In this document: positions 54,316 to 63,277 of the stretch, in pieces | Layout of the letters: every line of letters begins with the position of its first letter | How positions within the stretch are numbered: the stretch's first letter is position 1 | Origin: Rhodobiaceae bacterium | GTDB taxonomy: Bacteria; Pseudomonadota; Alphaproteobacteria; Rhizobiales; TMED25 | Direction of reading: 5' to 3' | Length of the DNA stretch: 64,000 nucleotides | Assembly (NCBI GenBank): GCA_018651345.1 | Contig: JABIEF010000050.1 | Span: 27,895-91,894, forward strand | The notes under the pieces: generated by a model | What the model was told of the DNA's origin: nothing | Database searches by the model: none | The model's input: only the letters and a program-made list of their open reading frames with translations | Translations under genes and position numbers: made by a program

Positions 54316-54357
54316 AATTAAGTTTAATTAAATTAATAGTGAAGAAGGAATTATGAG

Positions 54358-55560
54358 ATGACATACGCTTATATATGTGGGGGTACTAGAACCCCGATTG
54401 GAAGATTTGGTGGAGCTCTATCAACCGTAAGGCCAGATGATTTGGCTGCGCATGTAATAAGAGAATTAATGGCTAAAAATAAACAGATTGATCCAGAAAA
54501 AATTGATGATGTAATATTGGGCTGTGCAAATCAAGCGGGCGAGGACAATAGAAATGTTTCAAGAATGGCTATTCTTTTGTCAGGATTACCTTCTACCGTT
54601 ACGGGTAATACTGTTAACAGATTATGCGGATCAGGGCTTGATGCAATATTAATAGCTTCAAGATCGATAATAGCAGGCCAATCTGATTTAATTATTGCTG
54701 GTGGGGTTGAAAGTATGACTAGGGCTCCATTTGTTATGGCCAAGGCTCAGACCGCTTTTAGTAGAGTTAATAATATAGAAGACACAACAATTGGATGGCG
54801 TTTCATTAATAAAAAGCTGCAAGCAATGTATGGAACTGAATCAATGCCTGAAACAGCTGAAAATGTTGCAGAACAATTTAATATATCACGCATAGATCAG
54901 GATAAATATGCCTTAAGAAGTCAAGAAAAAGCAAGCTTTGCAAAAAATAATGGCCGTTTTGAGCTTGAGATAACCCCAATATCTATTCCTCAAAGAAAAG
55001 GTGAAGATATAATATTCGCTGATGATGAGCATCCTAGAGAGACTACTCTTGATAAACTATCGTCTTTACCTGCGCCATTTAAAAAAGGTGGATCAATTAC
55101 CGCAGGCAATGCTTCAGGCGTGAATGATGGAGCTGCTGCGCTGATAATAGCATCGGAGGATGCGGTTAAGAAATATTCATTAAATCCTCTTGCCAGAATA
55201 TCTGGAGGAGCCACTGCAGGTGTAGACCCTCGTATTATGGGTATAGGTCCTGTGTCAGCAACAAATAAACTTCTTAAAAGGCTAAACATGAGTATAGGTG
55301 ATATTGACTTAATTGAGTTAAACGAAGCATTCGCAGCACAGTCACTGGCTTGTTTGAGTTTGCTTGGCGTAGAATCTGATTCAGATAAGGTAAATCCAAA
55401 TGGTGGCGCAATTGCACTTGGCCATCCTCTTGGAATGTCTGGAGCTAGGATTGCACTTAGTGCCGCGATTGAGATGTCAGAAAAAGGTTACAATAACGCA
55501 TTGTGTACAATGTGTATTGGTGTTGGCCAAGGAATATCAATGATCATTGAAAAACCTTGA
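54358..55560 (+). CDS. acetyl-CoA C-acyltransferase / 3-oxoadipyl-CoA thiolase-like (PcaF/PaaJ-like)
   Basis: 400 aa with the active-site Cys region VNRLCGSGLDA and C-terminal GGAIALGHPLG and CIGVGQG motifs. Confidence 0.9.
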   Translation: MTYAYICGGTRTPIGRFGGALSTVRPDDLAAHVIRELMAKNKQIDPEKIDDVILGCANQAGEDNRNVSRMAILLSGLPSTVTGNTVNRLCGSGLDAILIASRSIIAGQSDLIIAGGVESMTRAPFVMAKAQTAFSRVNNIEDTTIGWRFINKKLQAMYGTESMPETAENVAEQFNISRIDQDKYALRSQEKASFAKNNGRFELEITPISIPQRKGEDIIFADDEHPRETTLDKLSSLPAPFKKGGSITAGNASGVNDGAAALIIASEDAVKKYSLNPLARISGGATAGVDPRIMGIGPVSATNKLLKRLNMSIGDIDLIELNEAFAAQSLACLSLLGVESDSDKVNPNGGAIALGHPLGMSGARIALSAAIEMSEKGYNNALCTMCIGVGQGISMIIEKP

Positions 55561-55562
55561 AC

Positions 55563-56582
55563 TTAGTAATCTTTTAGATATTTCATGTTACTAGGATCTG
55601 GTTTTAATTCACCATTCTTAATTTTATTTGTAAGATCGGAAACTAGTTTATTCGCAGGACAATGTGCATTTAACCTAAGTCCTTCTTCAGCAACTAAGCC
55701 ATTAATTAAATCGACCTCGCTATACCTACCCTTGAGGTGATCATGAAGTACGGCATCTTTTGCATGTGGTCCAACATCTTTAACTATTTTGTCTAATAAA
55801 GTCTCTAACAATCGATTGGAGCCTTCAATATCTTCCCTCTTTAATCCAAATATTGGTTCAACTGTATAGCCCAATTTTTGACCAATATTTAATGCTTCTT
55901 CTCCACACTTTAGAGCAAGATCTCTCATACCATCGAGTTCCATTGCTTCCATTGCTTTAAGTCCAACTAAAGATCTTGGCCCCATAGTCATTGCGTTTAC
56001 AATAAGTTTCATCCATTTGGCAGATAATATGTTTTCGGTTATCGAAACCTTTCCAGAAAATTTTAAGATCTCAATAACCTCTGATTCTCTACCTTTTGTG
56101 AAATCTGACATACTGCCAATGCCAAACCAGGTACCGGTTGGTGGCGTATTCCTTTTAACTTCTCCTGGTATAAATATTTCTGATGATAATTCTACCACAG
56201 CTGCAAGGGTTCTCTTTTCACCGACTATGCTCTCAATATCTTTTGCTGTCATTCCATTCTGAAGACCTATGGCTAATCCATTTTCTGATAGATAAGGTTC
56301 TATCAGCGAACATATCCATCGCGTATCATATGCTTTTACAATTATAAAAATATAGTCAAATTTCTCATTTAATGTACACACATTACATAAATTTATAGCT
56401 TTAACTTTTGTTTCAAGAATTTCATTAGGCATAGTAATCTTAAGTCCGTCAGCTTGCATTTTTTTTACATGCTCTGGCCACTGATCAATTAATGTTACAT
56501 CCAAGCCTGCATTTGTTAAATCCGCAGCTATGCAACTGCCATTTGCACCAGTACCAATAATTGCTATTTTCATATTATGCAT
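55563..56582 (-). CDS. ketopantoate reductase (ApbA/PanE)-family oxidoreductase
   Basis: 339 aa with N-terminal MKIAIIGTGANGS Rossmann motif and a family-typical C-terminal helical domain. Confidence 0.8.
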   Translation of the reverse strand: MHNMKIAIIGTGANGSCIAADLTNAGLDVTLIDQWPEHVKKMQADGLKITMPNEILETKVKAINLCNVCTLNEKFDYIFIIVKAYDTRWICSLIEPYLSENGLAIGLQNGMTAKDIESIVGEKRTLAAVVELSSEIFIPGEVKRNTPPTGTWFGIGSMSDFTKGRESEVIEILKFSGKVSITENILSAKWMKLIVNAMTMGPRSLVGLKAMEAMELDGMRDLALKCGEEALNIGQKLGYTVEPIFGLKREDIEGSNRLLETLLDKIVKDVGPHAKDAVLHDHLKGRYSEVDLINGLVAEEGLRLNAHCPANKLVSDLTNKIKNGELKPDPSNMKYLKDY

Positions 56583-56604
56583 ACCTTTCTAGTTCGATTT
56601 ATAA

Positions 56605-57735
56605 TTATTCAGTTAATCCGCCCATTAAATCATAGGCACTTATAGGAAAAGTAATCTCTTTCCCTAATTTCGCCGATAAGTCCATCGCCATTGTTAACAT
56701 TAGATTTCTATGGCCATCTTCTGCAGAGGCATGTGGTGTTGCTTTATCGCAACATATTCTCTGGAGCCAAGAAAATGTTTCTTCTTTCATAGGCCCCCAT
56801 AATTCTCCGTTATACATATCTCCAGGTGGAAAACTTGTTAGAAAATCTACATTTCTTGTAACCTCAGACTCCCTTCCTTCTGGTCTATATATTTTTCCTT
56901 GGTCATATTCGCTTGCAATTATAACATCTCTATGGGTATCTTCAATGTCAATAACACCTTTAGTGCCAACAAGCCCAATTTCTAGACCATAACTTGCTCC
57001 TGGCCAAATTTTAGGTAAGGCCCAGGATATATTCATGCTCCATATAGCTCCACTAGCTAGTGTAAAGATTCCACATGTAGCATCTTTTGTACCTGAATCG
57101 AATAGAATTTTATCAGATGATTTTGCATAAACTGAAATTGGCATGTCGTCCATTATCCATAATGCCATATCTAGGCTATGGGTACCAGAAACAACCATTG
57201 GCGTTAAAAACCTTCTATCTTGAGTAAGTCGTGTTTCGTTAAGAGGGGCCATCGAATTCATAAAAGCTCTTGTAAAAGCGCAGCTAATATCTCCAATTTG
57301 ACCTGTTCTTACACGTTCTCTAACAGCCATGAAGCGTCTACGAAACCTTTGAGTATAACCAAGGCAAGCATCAATTTTATTTTCTTGTATTAATTTTAAT
57401 AACTCTAATGATTGAATTGCATCTGTCGCCATAGGTTTTTCTATAAATAATTTCTGTTTGTTATCTATAGCTATCAATGTAGGTTCGTAATGACTCCAGG
57501 TTGAGGTTGCAATAATTACTGCATCAACTTCCGACCTATTAATTAAATCAGAGTAATCAGTTGTAAAATAATCTGCTGAAATATCTTCTTTTAACTTTTC
57601 TCCTACTTTTTTGTTTGTATCACAAAGGCCAATCCAGGATATACCTGGAAATTCACTGGCAATCTTGCCGCGCATTCTGCCGACTCTTCCGCAGCCTATA
57701 ATTGCAATTCCTATATTTTTATTATTTTTTGGCAT
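56605..57735 (-). CDS. Gfo/Idh/MocA-family oxidoreductase
   Basis: 376 aa with IGIAIIGCGRVG Rossmann motif and an EKPMA motif. Confidence 0.85.
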   Translation of the reverse strand: MPKNNKNIGIAIIGCGRVGRMRGKIASEFPGISWIGLCDTNKKVGEKLKEDISADYFTTDYSDLINRSEVDAVIIATSTWSHYEPTLIAIDNKQKLFIEKPMATDAIQSLELLKLIQENKIDACLGYTQRFRRRFMAVRERVRTGQIGDISCAFTRAFMNSMAPLNETRLTQDRRFLTPMVVSGTHSLDMALWIMDDMPISVYAKSSDKILFDSGTKDATCGIFTLASGAIWSMNISWALPKIWPGASYGLEIGLVGTKGVIDIEDTHRDVIIASEYDQGKIYRPEGRESEVTRNVDFLTSFPPGDMYNGELWGPMKEETFSWLQRICCDKATPHASAEDGHRNLMLTMAMDLSAKLGKEITFPISAYDLMGGLTE

Positions 57736-57785
57736 AATTTTTTGTTAAATATGTTTTTTTTGAATCAAATTATCTAAAATTAGAT

Positions 57786-57820
57786 AAAAAAAACCCGGTA
57801 GTTAAAAACTACCGGGTTTT
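57786..57820 (-). terminator. rho-independent terminator of the SBP gene (bidirectional hairpin)
   Basis: On the minus strand, CCCGGTAGT-TTTTA-ACTACCGGG is followed by T8. The 9-bp GC-rich stem is 57794-57802/57808-57816, 23 nt after the stop at 57843. Confidence 0.85.
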
Positions 57821-57842
57821 CTTAGACTAGATGTATATAGAA

Positions 57843-58907
57843 TTAACCTAATACTTTGTCAGGATTTGCAGCCTTCCAACGTTCGATTACGTCTATAACT
57901 TCTTTTGTTTCCCAGTCACTTGCTCTATCGATGAAACGATGATCAACAAATGTTGCTGGATCAATGTAGCCGTCAATTTCGCCTAGGCCAACATATGGAC
58001 CTTGGATTTTTGACCACACCCAGTTACGAGGCTCACCGTATTTATTAGTACGACGAAGCTGATAAATGTAAGCAGATGAGTTTATTAAGCCAGAACCAGT
58101 TTTCATATTTTCAAATAATTCTGGTGTAGCTACAGCACAAACACTGATAACAAATTTAGTATCTAAAACACCCATGTGTTGAGCCATTGCCCAAGCACGT
58201 AGGAAACCAGCAGTAGGTGTATCTAATTCGTCCATACGTGAGTTCCACATAGCGAATGAGTTACCTGGGTTTTCAGACACAGCCATTGGTGTAATGTTAC
58301 GGATTGCAACGCCACCGGCTTGTATGTTAGCACGGTCAGATGAACCGCCAGCAAAACCATCGATTTTACCAGAAGTTAATGCGTTAACCATAACTGGACC
58401 CGCGTCACCAACAACAACAGTTGTTATTGAATCTGCTGGTAAACCAACTGAGTCAAGAGCAATCATTGTAGTGATTTGGTCACGGTCAGATGCTAGACCA
58501 ATTGTAGTACCTGGTAGATCTGCTAGGCCTTTAATTGGGCTATCAGCAGGAACAACGATGCCTTCTGAAGCAAAGTTATATGCTTCATAAACAACTGAAC
58601 CTGGTTGACCTGAGTTAGCCATTTGTAGTACTTGAGCTGAATCAAGCATAACATACTCTGCATCGCCTGTATCTAGGAATGCAACGTAAGGAATAGTAGT
58701 TTCTGAGTTAAGTAGATCTACGTCAACGCCGTTATCTTCGTTTAAGCCAGTAAGACGAGCAACGTGCTGTGCATAAATAGAGCATGAGCCATTGTTCGCT
58801 GTAATGACGTTAAGGTCAGTAAGCGCAGAAGCAGGTGTAGTAGAAACCATTGATAATGCTAGACCGCCAAATGCAGCGCCAAGCACTAGTTTTGTAGTGG
58901 ATTTCAT
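57843..58907 (-). CDS. secreted periplasmic solute-binding protein, orphan (NMT1/SsuA/TauA-like type-2 PBP; substrate unknown)
   Basis: 354 aa with the signal peptide MKSTTKLVLGAAFGGLALSMVSTTPASA and a strong SD GGGAGGA. No adjacent permease or ATPase. The family assignment is a recollection-level guess. Confidence 0.7.
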   Translation of the reverse strand: MKSTTKLVLGAAFGGLALSMVSTTPASALTDLNVITANNGSCSIYAQHVARLTGLNEDNGVDVDLLNSETTIPYVAFLDTGDAEYVMLDSAQVLQMANSGQPGSVVYEAYNFASEGIVVPADSPIKGLADLPGTTIGLASDRDQITTMIALDSVGLPADSITTVVVGDAGPVMVNALTSGKIDGFAGGSSDRANIQAGGVAIRNITPMAVSENPGNSFAMWNSRMDELDTPTAGFLRAWAMAQHMGVLDTKFVISVCAVATPELFENMKTGSGLINSSAYIYQLRRTNKYGEPRNWVWSKIQGPYVGLGEIDGYIDPATFVDHRFIDRASDWETKEVIDVIERWKAANPDKVLG

Positions 58908-59270
58908 ATTATATCCTCCCTAAGGGTTAAAATTAAACTTACACTAGTGTGTTTGACAAAATTTCCTTCATTAGAAACTATGCCAGATGACTTTTATTCA
59001 ACATTAGAATCAAACTGTCAATTATTTTTTAACCTCTTGGTAACTTTTATAAAATATTTTTTTTTATTTTCATTTATTTTTTTTTGTGTTTTATAGAAAA
59101 ATATAATATATAAATACTATTTTCCAATTTAAATACAATTACTTATTATATTTATTAAATTTATTAAATTAATTATAATATGAGATTGTTATCTGTTTTA
59201 TTGGTATTAATTTAATATATATTTTTTTTAATATTTTAGATAAAATTTTATCAAATCTATAACTTTTGGA

Positions 59271-59303
59271 CATATTTTGGTCATATTTTTGTAATATTTT
59301 TGT
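59271..59303. repeat. three tandem 11-bp T-tract repeats (helically phased)
   Basis: CATATTTTGGT / CATATTTTTGT / AATATTTTTGT, read directly from the 515-bp AT-rich intergenic region. Confidence 0.75.
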
Positions 59304-59434
59304 CAGATTATTTTTAATTTTTTACTTTTATAGTTCAAATTTCTTTACTGATAATCTTATAAAAGATATAAGGATCTGGAATTAGATGCGTATATCCTTA
59401 TTATTAGATATTATTTATATGTGGGAGAACTCAA

Positions 59435-60634
59435 TTGACTAATAATAACTTACCTTTATCAAAATATAAAGTTTTAGATTTAACTATAGCGAGAGCCGGA
59501 CCAACTGCTGCAAGAGTTATGGCTGATTGGGGGGCGGATGTTATACAAGTTAGTCCGCCAGATAGACCTGGTCAAAAAGGTGGAAATATAACAGGTCACA
59601 GGGATGGATTTGACTTTCAAAATTTACAACGGAATAAAAGAAGTATAACTATTGATTTAAAAAATCCAGAAGGTTATGAATTGTTTGTGAATCTTGCTTC
59701 AAAAGTCGATGTGATTATTGAAAATTATAGAGCGGATGTAAAACATCGCCTTAAAATTGATTATGAAACAATAAAAAAAATAAACCCCAATATTATATAC
59801 GGAAGTATATCTGGGTTTGGTCAAGATGGGCCCTATAAAGATAGACCTGGGTTAGATCAAATAGCTCAAGGTATGGGTGGGTTGATGTCTATTACAGGAG
59901 TCCCTGAGACTGGGCCTGTTAGAGTAGGTATACCTATTAATGACCTGTGCGCTGGAATGTTTTTGGCCCAAGGTTTGTTGTTAGCTCTTTTAAATAGAGA
60001 AAATACAGGTGAAGGTCAGTGGGTACATACATCATTGTTAGAATCTGCTATATTCATGTTAGATTTTCAAGCTTCGAAGTGGTTACAAAAAGGTGAAATT
60101 CCAATTCAAGCAGGGAATAACCATCCAACTGGGATACCGCAAGGTTGTTATATGACATCTGATAAGAGTATTAACATATCAGCTGTTGGAGACAAGTTAT
60201 TCTCTAGATTTTGTAAGTCTGTAGAAGCACAATATCTTTTAGATGATAGTCATTATAAAGATGATGAATCAAGGTTAAAAAATCGTGACATGTTAAACGA
60301 TGAAATAAGTAAAATAATTATTAAACATAAAGCTGAATATTGGATTGAGAAGTTGAATAAAGTCGGGGTACCTTGTGGTCCTGTAAATAATATTGCTCAA
60401 GTTTTTGAAGATCCTCAGGTTCAGTACCTTAGCATGACACATAAAGTTAAACACAAACGTTTAGGAGATTTAAGTGTTGTTCGTCAGCCAATAAATTTAT
60501 CTAATGCAGATCAGCCAGAAAATTTTAGATATCCGGCGCCAGAACTTGGAGAGCATCTTGAAGAAGTTTTAAAGGAGTTTGGTTACAGTAATAAAGATAT
60601 TGATAAATTAAAAACAAATAATGCAATAGCTTAG
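59435..60634 (+). CDS. family III CoA-transferase (CaiB/BaiF-like)
   Basis: 399 aa. KVLDLTIARAGPTAARVMADWGADVIQV is a typical N-terminus. TTG start after GGGAGAA. Confidence 0.88.
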   Translation: MTNNNLPLSKYKVLDLTIARAGPTAARVMADWGADVIQVSPPDRPGQKGGNITGHRDGFDFQNLQRNKRSITIDLKNPEGYELFVNLASKVDVIIENYRADVKHRLKIDYETIKKINPNIIYGSISGFGQDGPYKDRPGLDQIAQGMGGLMSITGVPETGPVRVGIPINDLCAGMFLAQGLLLALLNRENTGEGQWVHTSLLESAIFMLDFQASKWLQKGEIPIQAGNNHPTGIPQGCYMTSDKSINISAVGDKLFSRFCKSVEAQYLLDDSHYKDDESRLKNRDMLNDEISKIIIKHKAEYWIEKLNKVGVPCGPVNNIAQVFEDPQVQYLSMTHKVKHKRLGDLSVVRQPINLSNADQPENFRYPAPELGEHLEEVLKEFGYSNKDIDKLKTNNAIA

Positions 60635-60654
60635 GTAAGGTAGAGGTTAATATA

Positions 60655-61449
60655 ATGATACTAGAAACAGATAAAATTATTGCTAAAAAAGAAAATGGAA
60701 TTGGTTGGTTAATTATTAACAATCCTGAAAAAAGAAACGCGATGTCTCTTAGTATGAGAGAGGCGATGGCAGTTGTTTTTGAGGAATATAATTCTGATCC
60801 TGAGGTAAGAGTTCTTATTCTAAAAGGAAATGGAGGCAAGGCATTCATATCTGGTGCAGATATCTCAGAGTTTAAAAATAATCGTAACAACCATGATGCG
60901 GAAAAAATTTATGCTGAAGCATCTGCTAAAGCAACTGTAGCTATGCAAAATTTCAGAAAACCGATTATCGCAATGATTGAAGGATTTTGTGTTGGTGGAG
61001 GGGTTGCTACTGCAATTTCCGCTGATATACGCATAGCTTCTGAAGATTCACAATTTGCTATACCTGCTGCAAAGTTAGGATTAGCTTATAATTATGAAAA
61101 TTTAAAGTGTCTTAACGATCTAGTTGGTCCCGCTTATGCAAAACAAATTTTGTTTACAGGTGATAAGTTTGATGCATCAAAAGCCTTAGAAATTGGATTG
61201 GTCAATAAGGTTGTTAAAAATAAAGATCTTGAAGATGCAACAATAGAGTTGGCACAAAAAATATCTCAAAATGCTCCGCTTACTATAATGACAGCAAAGG
61301 AAACAATTTCACAGATTAGCAAAGAAGACGCGGAAAGAAATTTTATAAAATTAGATACCATGGTAAAAGAATGTTTTGACAGTGAGGATTATAAAGAAGG
61401 CAGGGAAGCTTTTATGCAAAAAAGAAAACCTATCTTTAAAGGGTGTTGA
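60655..61449 (+). CDS. enoyl-CoA hydratase/isomerase (crotonase) family protein, CaiD-like
   Basis: 264 aa with oxyanion-hole segments (FISGADI, GFCVGGG). Confidence 0.88.
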   Translation: MILETDKIIAKKENGIGWLIINNPEKRNAMSLSMREAMAVVFEEYNSDPEVRVLILKGNGGKAFISGADISEFKNNRNNHDAEKIYAEASAKATVAMQNFRKPIIAMIEGFCVGGGVATAISADIRIASEDSQFAIPAAKLGLAYNYENLKCLNDLVGPAYAKQILFTGDKFDASKALEIGLVNKVVKNKDLEDATIELAQKISQNAPLTIMTAKETISQISKEDAERNFIKLDTMVKECFDSEDYKEGREAFMQKRKPIFKGC

Positions 61450-61572
61450 GCTAAATTTACTATTTTAAATACTTTGGTTTATATTATGTACAAGCTATTC
61501 ATAATATCTTAACCATATAAATACATAAATTGTTAATCTTAACAAGCAGAATAGAATAGAAGTAAAGTAATT

Positions 61573-62535
61573 ATGGCGAATTTTATTGTTTTAGATAATT
61601 TAAGAAAATCTTTTGGAAATATTGTTGCTGTGAACGGTATATCCATGACAGTAGATAAAGGAGATATTCTAGGATTTATAGGGCCCAATGGTTCCGGTAA
61701 GTCGACAACAATGAAAATGGCTACAGGTTTTTTAACTCCTGATATGGGTACATCTCATATTTGCGGTATTTCAATGAATAAACATCCAAAAGAAGCAAAA
61801 AAATTGATTGGATATTTACCCGAAGGAGCTCCTGCTTATGGAGAGATGACTACTATTGGTTTTTTAAACTTTATTGCGGATGTGAGGAGATTAAGCGGCA
61901 AAGAGAGAAGTTTGAAAATAAGCAAGGCAATTGACAGAGCTCAAATCAAACATGTATTGAATCAACAAATAGATACTCTTTCTAAGGGTTTTAAAAGAAG
62001 AGTAGGTCTCTCTCAGGCTATAATGCATGAGCCAAAGGTACTAATTTTAGACGAACCTACCGACGGACTCGACCCTAATCAGAAACATCACGTTAGGCAA
62101 TTAATAACTGAAATATCTAGAGATACAGCTGTTATTGTGTCAACTCATATATTAGAAGAGGTCGATGCTGTGTGTTCCGGTGTTATTCTTATTAACAAAG
62201 GTAATGTTGTATTAAATGGTTCCGCAAAAGACTTAAGATCTAAGTTAGCAAACCATAATGCTGTGAATATAAAACTAAGACCTGAAAATCTAGAAAACTG
62301 CAAAAGATTATTGTTAACATTGTCGTCAATAAGTAAAATTGAAGTTCACGAAGAAACCCAACACAATGTTAATCTTAAGGTTCTACCAAAAGAAAATATG
62401 ATAATTATTACAGATGTTGCAAAGGTTATTGCGGATAATAAATTGCCAATCAGCGATATCTCGGTTGACCAAGTAAGACTTGATGATGCTTTTAGAAAGC
62501 TCACTACAAATGAAATTGGAATTTCAAATGAATAA
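61573..62535 (+). CDS. ABC transporter ATP-binding protein (ABC-2/GldA-like)
   Basis: 320 aa with Walker A GPNGSGKST, signature LSKGFKRRV and Walker B LILDEPTDGLD. Confidence 0.92.
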   Translation: MANFIVLDNLRKSFGNIVAVNGISMTVDKGDILGFIGPNGSGKSTTMKMATGFLTPDMGTSHICGISMNKHPKEAKKLIGYLPEGAPAYGEMTTIGFLNFIADVRRLSGKERSLKISKAIDRAQIKHVLNQQIDTLSKGFKRRVGLSQAIMHEPKVLILDEPTDGLDPNQKHHVRQLITEISRDTAVIVSTHILEEVDAVCSGVILINKGNVVLNGSAKDLRSKLANHNAVNIKLRPENLENCKRLLLTLSSISKIEVHEETQHNVNLKVLPKENMIIITDVAKVIADNKLPISDISVDQVRLDDAFRKLTTNEIGISNE

Positions 62536-63262
62536 TATAGTTATAATTGCTAAGAGAGAAGCGAAAGCGTATTTCTCTACACCTCTTGCTTATATCTTTA
62601 TCTCTATTTTTTGTGGCCTTACTGCTGCTTTTACATTTTATTTAGGAGCTTTTATTGAAAGAGGACAGGCAGACCTTGCGCCCTTCTTTGAAAGTCACCC
62701 ATGGTTATTGGTTTTATTAGTACCTTCAATTTCAATGAGGCTATGGGCTGAAGAAAGAAAAACAGGATCGATAGAACTTTTAATGACTCTGCCAATTACA
62801 TCCCTGGAAGCGGTTATTGGAAAATTTATTGCAGCTTGGTTAATGATAGCAGTTGCGCTTATTCTTACTTTTCCAATATGGGTTACTATTAATATATTAG
62901 GTAATCCGGATAATGGTGTTGTAATTTCAAGTTATCTAGGAAGTTGGTTATTGGCTGGTCAATTTTTAGCCATTGGATCCGCGTTATCTGCTATGACAAA
63001 AAATCAAGTTATTGCATTCGTAGTTAGCACAGCTGCTTGTTTTGTATTCGTTATGAGTGGGTTGGAAACGGTTACACAAGCGCTTGAAGGATGGATGCCG
63101 AGCTACATTTTATTAGCAGTAGATACTATGAGTTCTCTTGATTATTTTGAAGAATTCACAAAGGGTATAATTGATGCAAGGGCTATTGTTTTTTATATTA
63201 CCACAATAGTTTTTTGGTTATTTATTAATGTAGTGGTAATAAATTTAAAAAAAGCAAAATAG
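62528..63262 (+). CDS. ABC-2 type permease (GldF-like)
   Basis: ATG at 62528 (MNNIVIIAKREAKAYFSTP), with an 8-nt overlap on the ATPase gene. 6-TM profile. Confidence 0.85.
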   Translation: MNNIVIIAKREAKAYFSTPLAYIFISIFCGLTAAFTFYLGAFIERGQADLAPFFESHPWLLVLLVPSISMRLWAEERKTGSIELLMTLPITSLEAVIGKFIAAWLMIAVALILTFPIWVTINILGNPDNGVVISSYLGSWLLAGQFLAIGSALSAMTKNQVIAFVVSTAACFVFVMSGLETVTQALEGWMPSYILLAVDTMSSLDYFEEFTKGIIDARAIVFYITTIVFWLFINVVVINLKKAK

Positions 63263-63277
63263 ATATTGGCGTAGATT

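Noticed and set aside
57771-57786. Near-palindrome TATCTAA-AA-TTAGATA upstream of the Gfo/Idh/MocA gene. The motif TATCTAAAA recurs at 40547-40555 and, as its reverse complement, within 59231-59241.
   Set aside because: My rough expectation for a 9-mer of this composition in 128 kb of two-strand sequence is several occurrences. Palindromes with 7-bp AT arms are also expected by chance.
59180-59212. 10-codon sORF (MRLLSVLLVL*) in the AT-rich intergenic region, as a possible leader peptide.
   Set aside because: There is no SD, and no regulatory codon pattern or downstream attenuator structure. Such short ORFs are expected by chance.
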